Positions 9,573-18,099 of a DNA stretch of 64,000 bases are shown here, piece by piece. The translations under genes and the position numbers were made by a program. The DNA comes from Candidatus Eiseniibacteriota bacterium. GTDB taxonomy: Bacteria > Eisenbacteria > RBG-16-71-46 > JABDJR01. The stretch lies in assembly GCA_963783375.1 (NCBI GenBank), contig CAWANH010000028.1:1120001-1184000 (forward strand), given 5' to 3'. The notes beneath the pieces are model-generated. The model ran no database searches. It had not been told where the DNA came from and was given only the letters and a program-made list of their open reading frames with translations. Position 1 is the first letter of the stretch; each line of letters starts with the position of its first letter.

Positions 9573-11129
9573 TCAGGAGGTGGGAAACACAACCCGACAG
9601 AGGCGGCTTCCCGACGCCCTCCGGATCAGGGTGAGGGCGGCGCCATCCTCCTCCAGACGGCGAATCAGCCATCGGGGCCGGGTCTCGTAGGTCCAGAAGC
9701 TCCGGTGGGCAAGGATGAAGGGCCGGTAGTCGGGGACGTCCAGGTCGACCACTTCCCCGACGATGCTGAGATTTCGCTCCGCAGTGTCGTCACCGGTGTA
9801 CTGAAGCGCCGCCTCGGGATCGTTGAGGTAGACCAAGCGATCGGCGATCGCCCGGGGCAGGTAGTGGCGGGCCTGGATGAACGCGTGCGGGTCGCCGACG
9901 GCGACCGGCGTTGGAGTCTCGGGGAGTGTGAGCAGAAGCGGATGCATGGCCAGCACGGCCGCCCGGGGGTCCTTGGGCGCCGCGACCGCCCTTCCCGCAT
10001 CCTTCAGCACCGCGAGGGAGATCATGAGGAGCAAGAGGACCGCCGTGGTCGTGCCTCCGCGCGAGAGCCGGCGGACCGCGATGGTGAAGAACACCGACAG
10101 TCCGATGATTGCCGGGATCCCGTACCGGAAGGTGTAGGTGCCGGTTTCGGCCATGGCGGTGAGTACCGCCGCCGCCGGGATGAGGACGAATCCACCGAGC
10201 GCGGCCAGCTCATGCGGGTTAAACCCGCCGCGCTTCGTTCGGGAGGGGATCGGCGGGTCGGAGCGGGTGAGCCGCAGGACGCCCACCACGATCGTCACCG
10301 CGACGAGGGTGACCAGGGCGGGACGGAGGAGCATTCCGTAGGTGCCGAGGATCTGCTCGGGGTGCGGGGGGGCCCAGGAGTGGGCGAAGAGCCGGGTCCG
10401 AACCGCCCGGATCACCGGAAGGAGCGGGATGAACGCGGCGAAGGGAAGAACCAGGGCCGCCGCGATCGCGCCGTCGAGCCGGCGCCGCTCCATCGTCCGC
10501 GCGAGTTCGCCCGACCCCAGGGCCACGATCGCGAAGACCGCGTAGTAGTGATTGGCTATGCCCAGAAAGAGGCCCAGGAAGAGCCCGGCCAGGCCGAGGC
10601 GCCGATGCCTGCCGGTGGCCGCTTCCTGCCAGGACAGGAGGGCGAGCCCGGCCAGGCCGAGCAGGATGCCATAGGGACGGGCCTCGTAGGCGTAGGGGTA
10701 GGCGCCGGTCTTGAGCAGGAAGAGAACCGTGATGAACCCGTAGATCGTTCCCAGGCGGCGGCGCGTGAAGGCGAAGAGGGCGAGCAGAAACGTGCCGAAG
10801 CCGAGCCATGCCGGGACCCGGACCGCGACCTCGCCGTCGCCGAGGGTCGCGTGAACGGCGTGGAGCAGGAACGCATGGAGCGGGGGGGCTCCGTCGACCC
10901 CGGCCAGAGACGCGCGCCACACCGCGGAGATGGAGGGGAGGCCGGCCACATAGAGAGCAATGATCTCGTCGTTCCAGAAGGGCTTCGCCGCCGCCCGAAG
11001 GACGGTGGTCAGCGTGTAGAGGAGGAGAAGCGCCGCCACCAGGGCCCCGGCGTGCCGCTCGACGAAGTCCGCCACCCGGTCCGCGGCGCGATTCAGGGTT
11101 CCGGTCCGACCGGGCGGGATTGCGTGCAT
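9573..11129 (-). CDS. GT-C (family 39 / ArnT-PMT-like) membrane glycosyltransferase
   Basis: W.DE motif after TM1, PPL, R.P, YAYEARPY, HYYA; many TM segments. Confidence 0.8.
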   Translation of the reverse strand: MHAIPPGRTGTLNRAADRVADFVERHAGALVAALLLLYTLTTVLRAAAKPFWNDEIIALYVAGLPSISAVWRASLAGVDGAPPLHAFLLHAVHATLGDGEVAVRVPAWLGFGTFLLALFAFTRRRLGTIYGFITVLFLLKTGAYPYAYEARPYGILLGLAGLALLSWQEAATGRHRRLGLAGLFLGLFLGIANHYYAVFAIVALGSGELARTMERRRLDGAIAAALVLPFAAFIPLLPVIRAVRTRLFAHSWAPPHPEQILGTYGMLLRPALVTLVAVTIVVGVLRLTRSDPPIPSRTKRGGFNPHELAALGGFVLIPAAAVLTAMAETGTYTFRYGIPAIIGLSVFFTIAVRRLSRGGTTTAVLLLLMISLAVLKDAGRAVAAPKDPRAAVLAMHPLLLTLPETPTPVAVGDPHAFIQARHYLPRAIADRLVYLNDPEAALQYTGDDTAERNLSIVGEVVDLDVPDYRPFILAHRSFWTYETRPRWLIRRLEEDGAALTLIRRASGSRLCRVVFPTS

Positions 11130-11135
11130 CGTGGC

Positions 11136-12236
11136 TCACCGTCCCAGGTAATCGGCCACCATGTCTCCCCACTCCGGGGCCTGGATCGTCCGCAGGAGGG
11201 CGCGGTTGATCGGCTCGCGGAGCGGGCTTCCCTCGGGGAGCACGATGGCGTAGTCCTGGCGCTCGAAGGTTCCGGGGAGAACCCGGATCCGGCCCGGCCA
11301 GTTCCTCTGGGAGAGATATTTGAGGAGCGGGACATCGTACACCACCGCGTCCATCTCGCCGCGGGCCAGGGCGCCCAGGGCATCCTCCACCGTGGGGTAC
11401 CCGTGAAATCGCACGTGATGGCCCTCCAGGTACCGGGCGCTGGTGGTGGCGGGGACCGTTCCCACCGCGACATGGACGAGATCCTCGGGGCCCCGGATGC
11501 GCGATTCGAGATGAGAGACGGTCAGCGACGACGCGATGGCCGCGGTGAAGCTCGAGATCACGATGATGGCCACGAACATCCAGATCAAGCCCACGATTCG
11601 CCCGCCGACGGTAGCCGGCGCCTTGTCGCCGTAGCCCACCGTGGTCATGGTGACCGCGGCCCACCAGAAACCCGAGGCCAGGCCGGACCGCGCGCCGCCC
11701 CCGAAGTGGTCCGGGTTCCGGCGCCGCTCGAAGAGCCAGGCCAGGAATCCCGCGACGAAGAGCAGGAGCGCCAGGAGCCCCACGACCTTCAGGAAGTTCA
11801 GGGAGAGAATCCCGCGGGCCGCGCTCAGGAAACCGCCCGGCCTTTCGGGGACCGCGATGCCGAGGCCGGTGGTGAAGTAGGGGTGGCTGAAGTCCAGGGT
11901 GTCTTCGCGTCCGGCGGTCACCGTGACCGCGGCGATCGCCACGTCGAGGCTCCCCGACGACACCCCCTGGAGGAGTCCCTGGAGATCCTTCTGCTCCCGG
12001 ATGGTGCTGGTGAAGCCCAGATCGGCCTCGATCTTCCGCCACAGGTCGAAGCTGATCCCCGTCCACGTTCCGTCCGCGCTCTTCATGGAGAAGGGTGGGG
12101 TCGCCTTGGTGCCCACCACGAGCCGCGACGGGACGCGGGAATCGCCGGCGGAAGGGGCGGCGGCGGCCGCGCCGGCCAGGAGCAGCGATGCCGCCAGCCC
12201 GAGGATCGTGGCGCGCGCGTAGCGTGAATGTTCCAT
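11136..12236 (-). CDS. GluR0-like ligand-gated K+ channel (SBP_bac_3 domain with inserted ion-channel pore)
   Basis: Signal peptide, PPF..G..TGISFDLW, R...LDFSHPY, FWWAAVTMTTVGYGDKAP filter, SFTAAIASSL. Confidence 0.9.
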   Translation of the reverse strand: MEHSRYARATILGLAASLLLAGAAAAAPSAGDSRVPSRLVVGTKATPPFSMKSADGTWTGISFDLWRKIEADLGFTSTIREQKDLQGLLQGVSSGSLDVAIAAVTVTAGREDTLDFSHPYFTTGLGIAVPERPGGFLSAARGILSLNFLKVVGLLALLLFVAGFLAWLFERRRNPDHFGGGARSGLASGFWWAAVTMTTVGYGDKAPATVGGRIVGLIWMFVAIIVISSFTAAIASSLTVSHLESRIRGPEDLVHVAVGTVPATTSARYLEGHHVRFHGYPTVEDALGALARGEMDAVVYDVPLLKYLSQRNWPGRIRVLPGTFERQDYAIVLPEGSPLREPINRALLRTIQAPEWGDMVADYLGR

Positions 12237-12442
12237 ACTGTCCTTCTCCCCGGGGGGCTGTGGGCGGTCCGGCCGCAAGCTAACCCTTTGGATCAAAGCG
12301 AGCTAGAGAGTTCTTGCACCCTAGGGAACGCGACGGGTGACGTCAACGACCGGGCTGGGTCATCCTGTCCGGGCGCCCGGTCCGCCCTCCGAGGTCCCGG
12401 AGGGGGGCCGGGCCCCGGGAGAAAGGCACGGAGGCGAGCCCC

Positions 12443-12628
12443 ATGGACGACGAGACCACCTATACCTGTCCGAGTTGCGGGGAGTCCATTACCATCGCCG
12501 TGGATCCCTCCGCGGGCCTTCGCCAGGATTACGTCGAGGACTGCCAGGTCTGCTGCCGGCCCAACATGATCCATCTCCGGTTGGACGAAGAGGGCAATGT
12601 TTCGAGCATCGTGGTGATGCAGGAGTAG
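12443..12628 (+). CDS. CPxCG cysteine-rich small zinc-ribbon protein
   Basis: CPSCGE...VD.S...Q.YVEDCQVCCRP; GGAGG RBS. Confidence 0.9.
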   Translation: MDDETTYTCPSCGESITIAVDPSAGLRQDYVEDCQVCCRPNMIHLRLDEEGNVSSIVVMQE

Positions 12629-12634
12629 GGGACG

Positions 12635-13765
12635 ATGGGGAAGAAACCCGACGCCAAGCGCTACCGGGACAATCTGCAGTCGGAGGTGGACAGCGCCGCG
12701 CTCTATCGCGCGCTGGCCGAGGTGGAGAAGCGGCCGGAGATGGCTTCGGTGTACGAGCGCCTGGCCGAGGTGGAGCAGCGCCACGTCCGGTTCTGGGAGG
12801 TTCAGCTCAAGACCTCGGGCGCGCCGGTGCCGCGGCTCAAGCCCTCCTGGAGAAGCCGCGTGCTGACCGGAATGGCCCGGCGGTTCGGCCCGGAAATGGT
12901 GCTTCCCACGGTGATCGGCCGGGAAAGGGGCGCGACCGCGGACTACATCGCCCAGCCCGAGTCGCGCACCTCGGCCCTTCCCGCGGAGGAGGGTTGGCAC
13001 CGCCGGGTGCTCACCACCGCGCTCGGCGCATCGGGGGGAGGGATCGAGGGCTCGTCGGTGGCGCGGCTGGAGGGCCGGCACCGCGCGGTGGGGGGGAACA
13101 TGCTCCGCGCCGGGGTGCTGGGGATCAACGACGGCCTTCTCTCCACCTTGAGCCTGGTCATGGGCGTGGCCGGCGCCGCGCTCACCAACCAGCAGATCCT
13201 GATCACCGGGCTGGCCGGACTTCTCGCCGGTTCGATCTCGATGGCGCTCGGCGAGTGGCTGTCGGTGCAGAACTCGCGGGAGCTCTACAGCCACCAGCTC
13301 CAGATCGAGGCCGACGAGCTGGAGACGACCCCCAAGGAGGAAGAGGCGGAGCTCGCGCTCATCTACCAGGCCAAGGGCATTCCCGAGGACGAGGCGCGCG
13401 CCCTGGCCGCCCGGCTCATCTCCGATCCGGAGACCGCCCTCGACACCCTGGCTCGCGAGGAGCTGGGAATCGATCCCGCGGATCTCGGGGGGTCGCCCTG
13501 GCAGGCCGCGCTCACCTCCTTCGTCCTCTTCGCCTGTGGCGCGGTGGTCCCGATCATCCCCTTCCTCCTGAACGCCGGCCACGCCGCCCCGGCCTGGAGC
13601 GCGGGCCTGAGCATCCTGGCGCTGTTCGGCATCGGGGCCCTCACCACCATCATGACCGGTCGAAGCCTCTGGTTCTCGGGGCTTCGCCAGATGATCTTCG
13701 GCGCGGTGGCGGCGGCGGTCACCTACGGGATCGGTTGGCTACTGGGTGTCCAGGTGATGGGGTGA
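12635..13765 (+). CDS. VIT1/CCC1 Fe/Mn transporter with N-terminal ferritin/rubrerythrin-like domain
   Basis: E.D.A..Y..LA / LA..E.RH N-domain; LRAGVLGINDGL, SMALGEWLSV, EELG. Confidence 0.9.
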   Translation: MGKKPDAKRYRDNLQSEVDSAALYRALAEVEKRPEMASVYERLAEVEQRHVRFWEVQLKTSGAPVPRLKPSWRSRVLTGMARRFGPEMVLPTVIGRERGATADYIAQPESRTSALPAEEGWHRRVLTTALGASGGGIEGSSVARLEGRHRAVGGNMLRAGVLGINDGLLSTLSLVMGVAGAALTNQQILITGLAGLLAGSISMALGEWLSVQNSRELYSHQLQIEADELETTPKEEEAELALIYQAKGIPEDEARALAARLISDPETALDTLAREELGIDPADLGGSPWQAALTSFVLFACGAVVPIIPFLLNAGHAAPAWSAGLSILALFGIGALTTIMTGRSLWFSGLRQMIFGAVAAAVTYGIGWLLGVQVMG

Positions 13766-15975
13766 ACCCCGGCCCGCAACCGCCCGCCCGCCCGCTTCGG
13801 TTCGCCGCCCGAGCCCTCGCCGCGGGTTGCCTGGCCCTGGCCGGGCTCCTGGTCCTCGCGCCCGGCGCGCCGGCCCTTCCCGCCGGAGCGGCCGGCGGCC
13901 CGGTGGCGGAGTCGATCGGGGAGGGCATCGTTCGGTTCTATCCCTCCCCCGCGGCCCGGGACGCGGCGCTTCCCTCCCTGGCGCTCGAGTCCCCCCGGCC
14001 CGCGACCGGCCCCGCCCCGGCCGGTTTCCCGGTCCGCCCCGAGTTCGAAATCCTCTACGGGCGGAACGGGGCCCGGGTCGCGATCGCGCCCGGTACGAGC
14101 CTCTACGGAACCGGCGAGGTTCCGGGGCCGCTGCTCCGGAACGGTCGCGCGACCACCCTCTGGAACACCGACGCCTTCGGCTACGACCGCTCGACCGAGG
14201 CCCTCTACCAGTCCCATCCCTGGGTGCTCGCGGTCCGCGCGGACGGAACCGCGTTCGGGGTGCTCTTCGACACCAGCTACCAGGGACGGCTGGATCTCCG
14301 CGACGGAATCGTCTTCTTCGCCGACGGCCCGGAGTTCCCGGCGATCGTGATCGAGCGCGACTCGCCCCAGGAGGTGGTGCGGGCCCTGGCCGATCTCACC
14401 GGGCACATGCCGATGCCGCCGCTGTGGGCCCTGGGCTACCACCAGTGCCGCTGGTCCTACACCCCGGCCTCGCGCGTCCGCGAGGTGGCGCGGGGGTTCC
14501 GGGAGCGGAAGATCCCCTGCGACGTCATCTGGATGGACATCGACTACATGGACGGGTTTCGCTCGTTCACCTTCAACCCCACGACCTTCCCCGACCCCGC
14601 CGCCCTCAACCGCGACCTTCACGACGAAGGCTTCCACACCGTCTGGATGATCGACCCGGGCATCAAGAAGGATCCCGGCTACTTCGTCTACCACCAGGGG
14701 ACCGCGCTCGACGCCTGGGTGAAACGGGGGGACGGGGAGACCTACGTGGGGGATGTCTGGCCGGGGGCGTGCGTCTTTCCCGACTTCACCCAGGCCAAGA
14801 TACGCACCTGGTGGGCCGGGCTCTACAAGGGATTCCTGGCCCCGGGGATCGACGGGGTCTGGAACGACATGAACGAGCCCTCGATCTTCCACGTCGAGAC
14901 CAAGACCATGCCCCTCGACAACCTTCACCGGGGGGATCCCGAGCTGGGGGGGCCGGGGAACCACCAGCGCTACCACAACGTCTACGGCATGGAGATGGTT
15001 CGCGCCACCCGCGACGGGGTGGCGGCGGCGCGTCCGGAGCGCCGGCCCTTCGTCCTCACCCGCTCGAGCCATCTCGGCGGACAGCGCTACGCCGCCACCT
15101 GGACCGGAGACAACACCGCGGACTGGGAGCACCTCGCCGACTCCATCCCCATGATCCTGAACTTCGGCCTCTCCGGGCAGCCCTTCTCCGGCCCGGACAT
15201 CGGGGGGTTCGCGGGGAACGGGGACGGCGCCCTCTTCGCGCGCTGGATGGGGATCGGGGCGCTCCTCCCCTTCGCCCGGGGCCACGCCGCCAAGGGGACC
15301 GTGGACAAGGAGCCGTGGGCGTTCGGGCCGGAGGTGGAGGCGGTCTGCCGGCGGGCGCTGGAACGGCGCTATCGCCTGCTCCCCTATCTCTACACCGTGT
15401 TCCACGAGGCCTCGACCACCGGGCTTCCGGTGGCCCGGCCCCTCTTCTTCGCCGATCCCGCCGATCCCGCCCTCCGGGACGTGGACGACGCGTTCCTGCT
15501 CGGGGGCGACCTGTTGGTGGCCGCGCGGACGGTTCCCGGGGGCGGCCCGCGGGCGGCGGCTCCGGCCCACGGGTGGCGCCGCTTCGACTTCGGCCCCGGG
15601 GACGGCGCCGATCCCGACCTCCCCTCGCTGTGGTTGCGCGAGGGCGCGGTGGTGGCCACCGGACCGGTGGAGCAATACGTGGGCGAGAAGCCGCCCGATC
15701 CGGTGACCCTCCTGATCTGCCTGGACGCGGACGGCCGGGCCGAGGGCACCCTCTACGAGGATGCGGGGGACGGCTACGGGTATCGCGACGGCGAATATCG
15801 GGTGATCAGCTACCGGGCGGAGGCGGTGGGGGACTCGGTCCGGGTCACTTCCTCGGTGGTGGACGGCCGGTGGTCTCTTCCCGCGCGGACGCTCGTCGCG
15901 CGCGTCCTGTTCGCCCGCTCCGAGGCCTCGGGGGAGGGGCCCGAAGGCGGACCGGTCACGGTGGCGGGCCCCTGA
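13762..15975 (+). CDS. Secreted glycoside hydrolase family 31 (alpha-glucosidase)
   Basis: GTG start overlaps upstream stop; PPLWALGYHQCRWSY, IWMDIDYM, GVWNDMNEP, WTGDN, GPDIGGF. Confidence 0.92.
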   Translation: MNPGPQPPARPLRFAARALAAGCLALAGLLVLAPGAPALPAGAAGGPVAESIGEGIVRFYPSPAARDAALPSLALESPRPATGPAPAGFPVRPEFEILYGRNGARVAIAPGTSLYGTGEVPGPLLRNGRATTLWNTDAFGYDRSTEALYQSHPWVLAVRADGTAFGVLFDTSYQGRLDLRDGIVFFADGPEFPAIVIERDSPQEVVRALADLTGHMPMPPLWALGYHQCRWSYTPASRVREVARGFRERKIPCDVIWMDIDYMDGFRSFTFNPTTFPDPAALNRDLHDEGFHTVWMIDPGIKKDPGYFVYHQGTALDAWVKRGDGETYVGDVWPGACVFPDFTQAKIRTWWAGLYKGFLAPGIDGVWNDMNEPSIFHVETKTMPLDNLHRGDPELGGPGNHQRYHNVYGMEMVRATRDGVAAARPERRPFVLTRSSHLGGQRYAATWTGDNTADWEHLADSIPMILNFGLSGQPFSGPDIGGFAGNGDGALFARWMGIGALLPFARGHAAKGTVDKEPWAFGPEVEAVCRRALERRYRLLPYLYTVFHEASTTGLPVARPLFFADPADPALRDVDDAFLLGGDLLVAARTVPGGGPRAAAPAHGWRRFDFGPGDGADPDLPSLWLREGAVVATGPVEQYVGEKPPDPVTLLICLDADGRAEGTLYEDAGDGYGYRDGEYRVISYRAEAVGDSVRVTSSVVDGRWSLPARTLVARVLFARSEASGEGPEGGPVTVAGP

Positions 15976-16122
15976 CCGCTCACCGGAGCCGTTCCGCGCG
16001 ATCCCGCCGCCCTTGCCGCCAACCGCCGGGTCGTGGGACCATGAACGTCCGGTCTTGGCGGATTTGCTCATCGCAACCAATCTGCGGCCTTCGGGTCGCC
16101 CACACCCACGAGGAGGTCATTC

Positions 16123-16551
16123 ATGCCGGTACGCAACGCCGAAGCCCGTTGGGACGGAAAGCTCCGGGACGGTAAGGGGACGATGAAGTTCGGGAGCGGG
16201 GCCTACGAGGGGCAGTATTCCTTCGCGTCGCGGTTCGAGAACGGCACCGGCACCAACCCCGAGGAACTGGTCGGGGCGGCCCACGCCGGCTGCTTCTCCA
16301 TGGCGTTCTCCAGCGCCCTGGACAAGGCGGGATTTCCCCCCGAGAGCATCCAGACCAAGGCGCAGGTCCACCTGGAGAAGGTGGGGGAGGGATTCAAGAT
16401 CACCCTCATCGAGCTGTCGACCGAAGCCCGGGTCCCCAAGATCGACGAGAAGACCTTCCAGGAGACGGCCGAGGGCGCCAAGAAGGGGTGCCCGGTGTCC
16501 CAGGCCCTGGCCGCGACGGAGATTTCTCTCAAGGCCAAGCTCTTGAGCTGA
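16123..16551 (+). CDS. osmC: OsmC family peroxiredoxin
   Basis: FASRFE.G.GTNPEEL..AAHAGCFSMA, AKKGCPVSQAL; GAGGAGG RBS. Confidence 0.95.
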   Translation: MPVRNAEARWDGKLRDGKGTMKFGSGAYEGQYSFASRFENGTGTNPEELVGAAHAGCFSMAFSSALDKAGFPPESIQTKAQVHLEKVGEGFKITLIELSTEARVPKIDEKTFQETAEGAKKGCPVSQALAATEISLKAKLLS

Positions 16552-16708
16552 TCGGCCGGGACCGGTTCGGAGCGGGCCCGGTTCGGCGGCCCGCTCCGGG
16601 TCGGCCGGATTTGGCGACCCGGCGGGATAAGGGTTGGGGAGAGATCTTCAAGAACGGCAAGCTCCACCGGTGGGTGAGCGACTTGATCCCGTGCGAGGAG
16701 GAATCGCG

Positions 16709-17716
16709 TTGAATTCGCCGATGCTGATCCTGCCCTTCTTGACCGCAATGATTCTCGCAGCCGCTCCCGCGCCCTCGCGCGCCGTGGCGGCTCCGGCCCC
16801 GGACCGGCCGTTTCCCCTCCTGGTCGGGGATCCCGCCCCGCCTCTCACCGTGAGCGGGTGGGTGAAGGGGGAGCCGGTGGAGCACTTCGAGCCCGGTCAC
16901 GTCTACGTGGTGGATCTCTGGGCGAGCTGGTGCGGCCCCTGCATCGCCGCGTTTCCGCATCTCTCCGCCCTCCAGGAGAAGTTCTCCAGGAGCGTCACCC
17001 TGGTGAGCGTGAACGTGCTGGAGGTCCATCCGGAGGCGGTGCCCGACTTCGTCCGGAAGCAGGGTGAGAAGATGGCGTTCGCGGTGGCGACGGACTCCAT
17101 CCCCGACGGGAAGGAACCCAACCAGGGCCTCACGGCCACGCGATGGCTCTACGGGGCGGGGGAGGAGGGCATCCCCACCACCTACATCATCGACCGGGAC
17201 GGCCGGCTGGCCTGGGAAGGCCATCCTGACTTCATGGACGGCGTCCTGGCCTCGGTGGTGGGCGGGACCTGGAACCTGGCGAGCTGGACGACGAAGTCGA
17301 TCGAGGAGAAGCGGCAGCTGGCCCCGGGCTTCTACCTCAAGCGACACCTGGAGGACGCGGTCGACGGAGCCGACTGGGACCGGGCCTGGGCCGCGGCCGA
17401 GAGCCTCGCCGTCCTCGACGGAGGGATGCACGCCCCCGACGTGGCGAATCTTCTGGCCTTGGCCGCCTCCAAGCTCCTGAACCGGGAGACGCTCTCCGCC
17501 GACGACGGGAAGCTGGCGCTCCGCTTCGCCGCCCGGGGAAACGATCTCACCGGCGGGGCGAATCCCTGGAACCTCGGCGTCCTGGGACGGGTTCATGCCC
17601 GGCTCGGTCACGCGGACCAGGCGGACTCCCTGATTCAGCGGGCTCTCGCCGCCGCGCCGGTCCAGCAGAAGGACTACTACCGGAAGCTCCTCGACGAGGT
17701 GAAGGCCGGGAACTGA
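16709..17716 (+). CDS. Exported TlpA/redoxin-family thiol:disulfide oxidoreductase with C-terminal helical/TPR-like region
   Basis: TTG start after GAGGAGG (ATG 16721 alternative); VGDPAP.L, VVDLWASWCGPC, GIP..YIIDR.G. Confidence 0.85.
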   Translation: MNSPMLILPFLTAMILAAAPAPSRAVAAPAPDRPFPLLVGDPAPPLTVSGWVKGEPVEHFEPGHVYVVDLWASWCGPCIAAFPHLSALQEKFSRSVTLVSVNVLEVHPEAVPDFVRKQGEKMAFAVATDSIPDGKEPNQGLTATRWLYGAGEEGIPTTYIIDRDGRLAWEGHPDFMDGVLASVVGGTWNLASWTTKSIEEKRQLAPGFYLKRHLEDAVDGADWDRAWAAAESLAVLDGGMHAPDVANLLALAASKLLNRETLSADDGKLALRFAARGNDLTGGANPWNLGVLGRVHARLGHADQADSLIQRALAAAPVQQKDYYRKLLDEVKAGN

Positions 17717-17750
17717 GAGCGGGGCGGGCGGGGCTCCCGGGTTCGAGCGC

Positions 17751-17998
17751 GAAGTTCACCCGGGTGAACTCGCGCGGTTGTGGGTTCGGAGCTGGGCCCG
17801 AAGTTCACCCGGAGGCGCAAACAGCGCCGCGAGTTCTTTATTGCGAACATGTTGCACTCGGGTGCAAGTGGGCCCGCGGCCGATGGATACCCGGGTACAC
17901 CTTCCGCCGTCGCGCGCAGGTGGCCGTCCCGGAATTCACCCGGGTGAACACGCGCGGTTGTGGGTACGGAACCCATCCCGAAGTTCACCCGGGTGAAC
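17751..17998. repeat. Cluster of palindromic REP-like elements (core TTCACCCGGGTGAA) within two ~62-bp direct repeats
   Basis: Palindromes at 17753-17770, 17935-17948, 17983-17998; half copy at 17800-17812; 17751-17812 resembles 17931-17992; lies between convergent genes. Confidence 0.8.
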
Positions 17999-18099
17999 GC
18001 GGTTCGCAGTGAATCGGCGGACACTCCGGCCGGCGGCGCGTGGATAGGGGCGCGAGCGACCGCCCGGGCGCTCACCCCGGCTTCGTGGCTGCCTGAGGG

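Noticed and set aside
12337-13761. N-terminal extension of the 1212-aa ORF suggesting a GH31 fusion
   Set aside because: Overlaps the CPxCG and VIT1 genes in other frames; the real start is likely GTG 13762
17751-17998. Mini-CRISPR interpretation of the palindromes
   Set aside because: Irregular spacing, the intervening segments resemble each other, and no cas genes are in the window
17764-18012. Short ORFs across the palindromic repeat cluster
   Set aside because: No RBS or recognisable motifs; explained by the repeats
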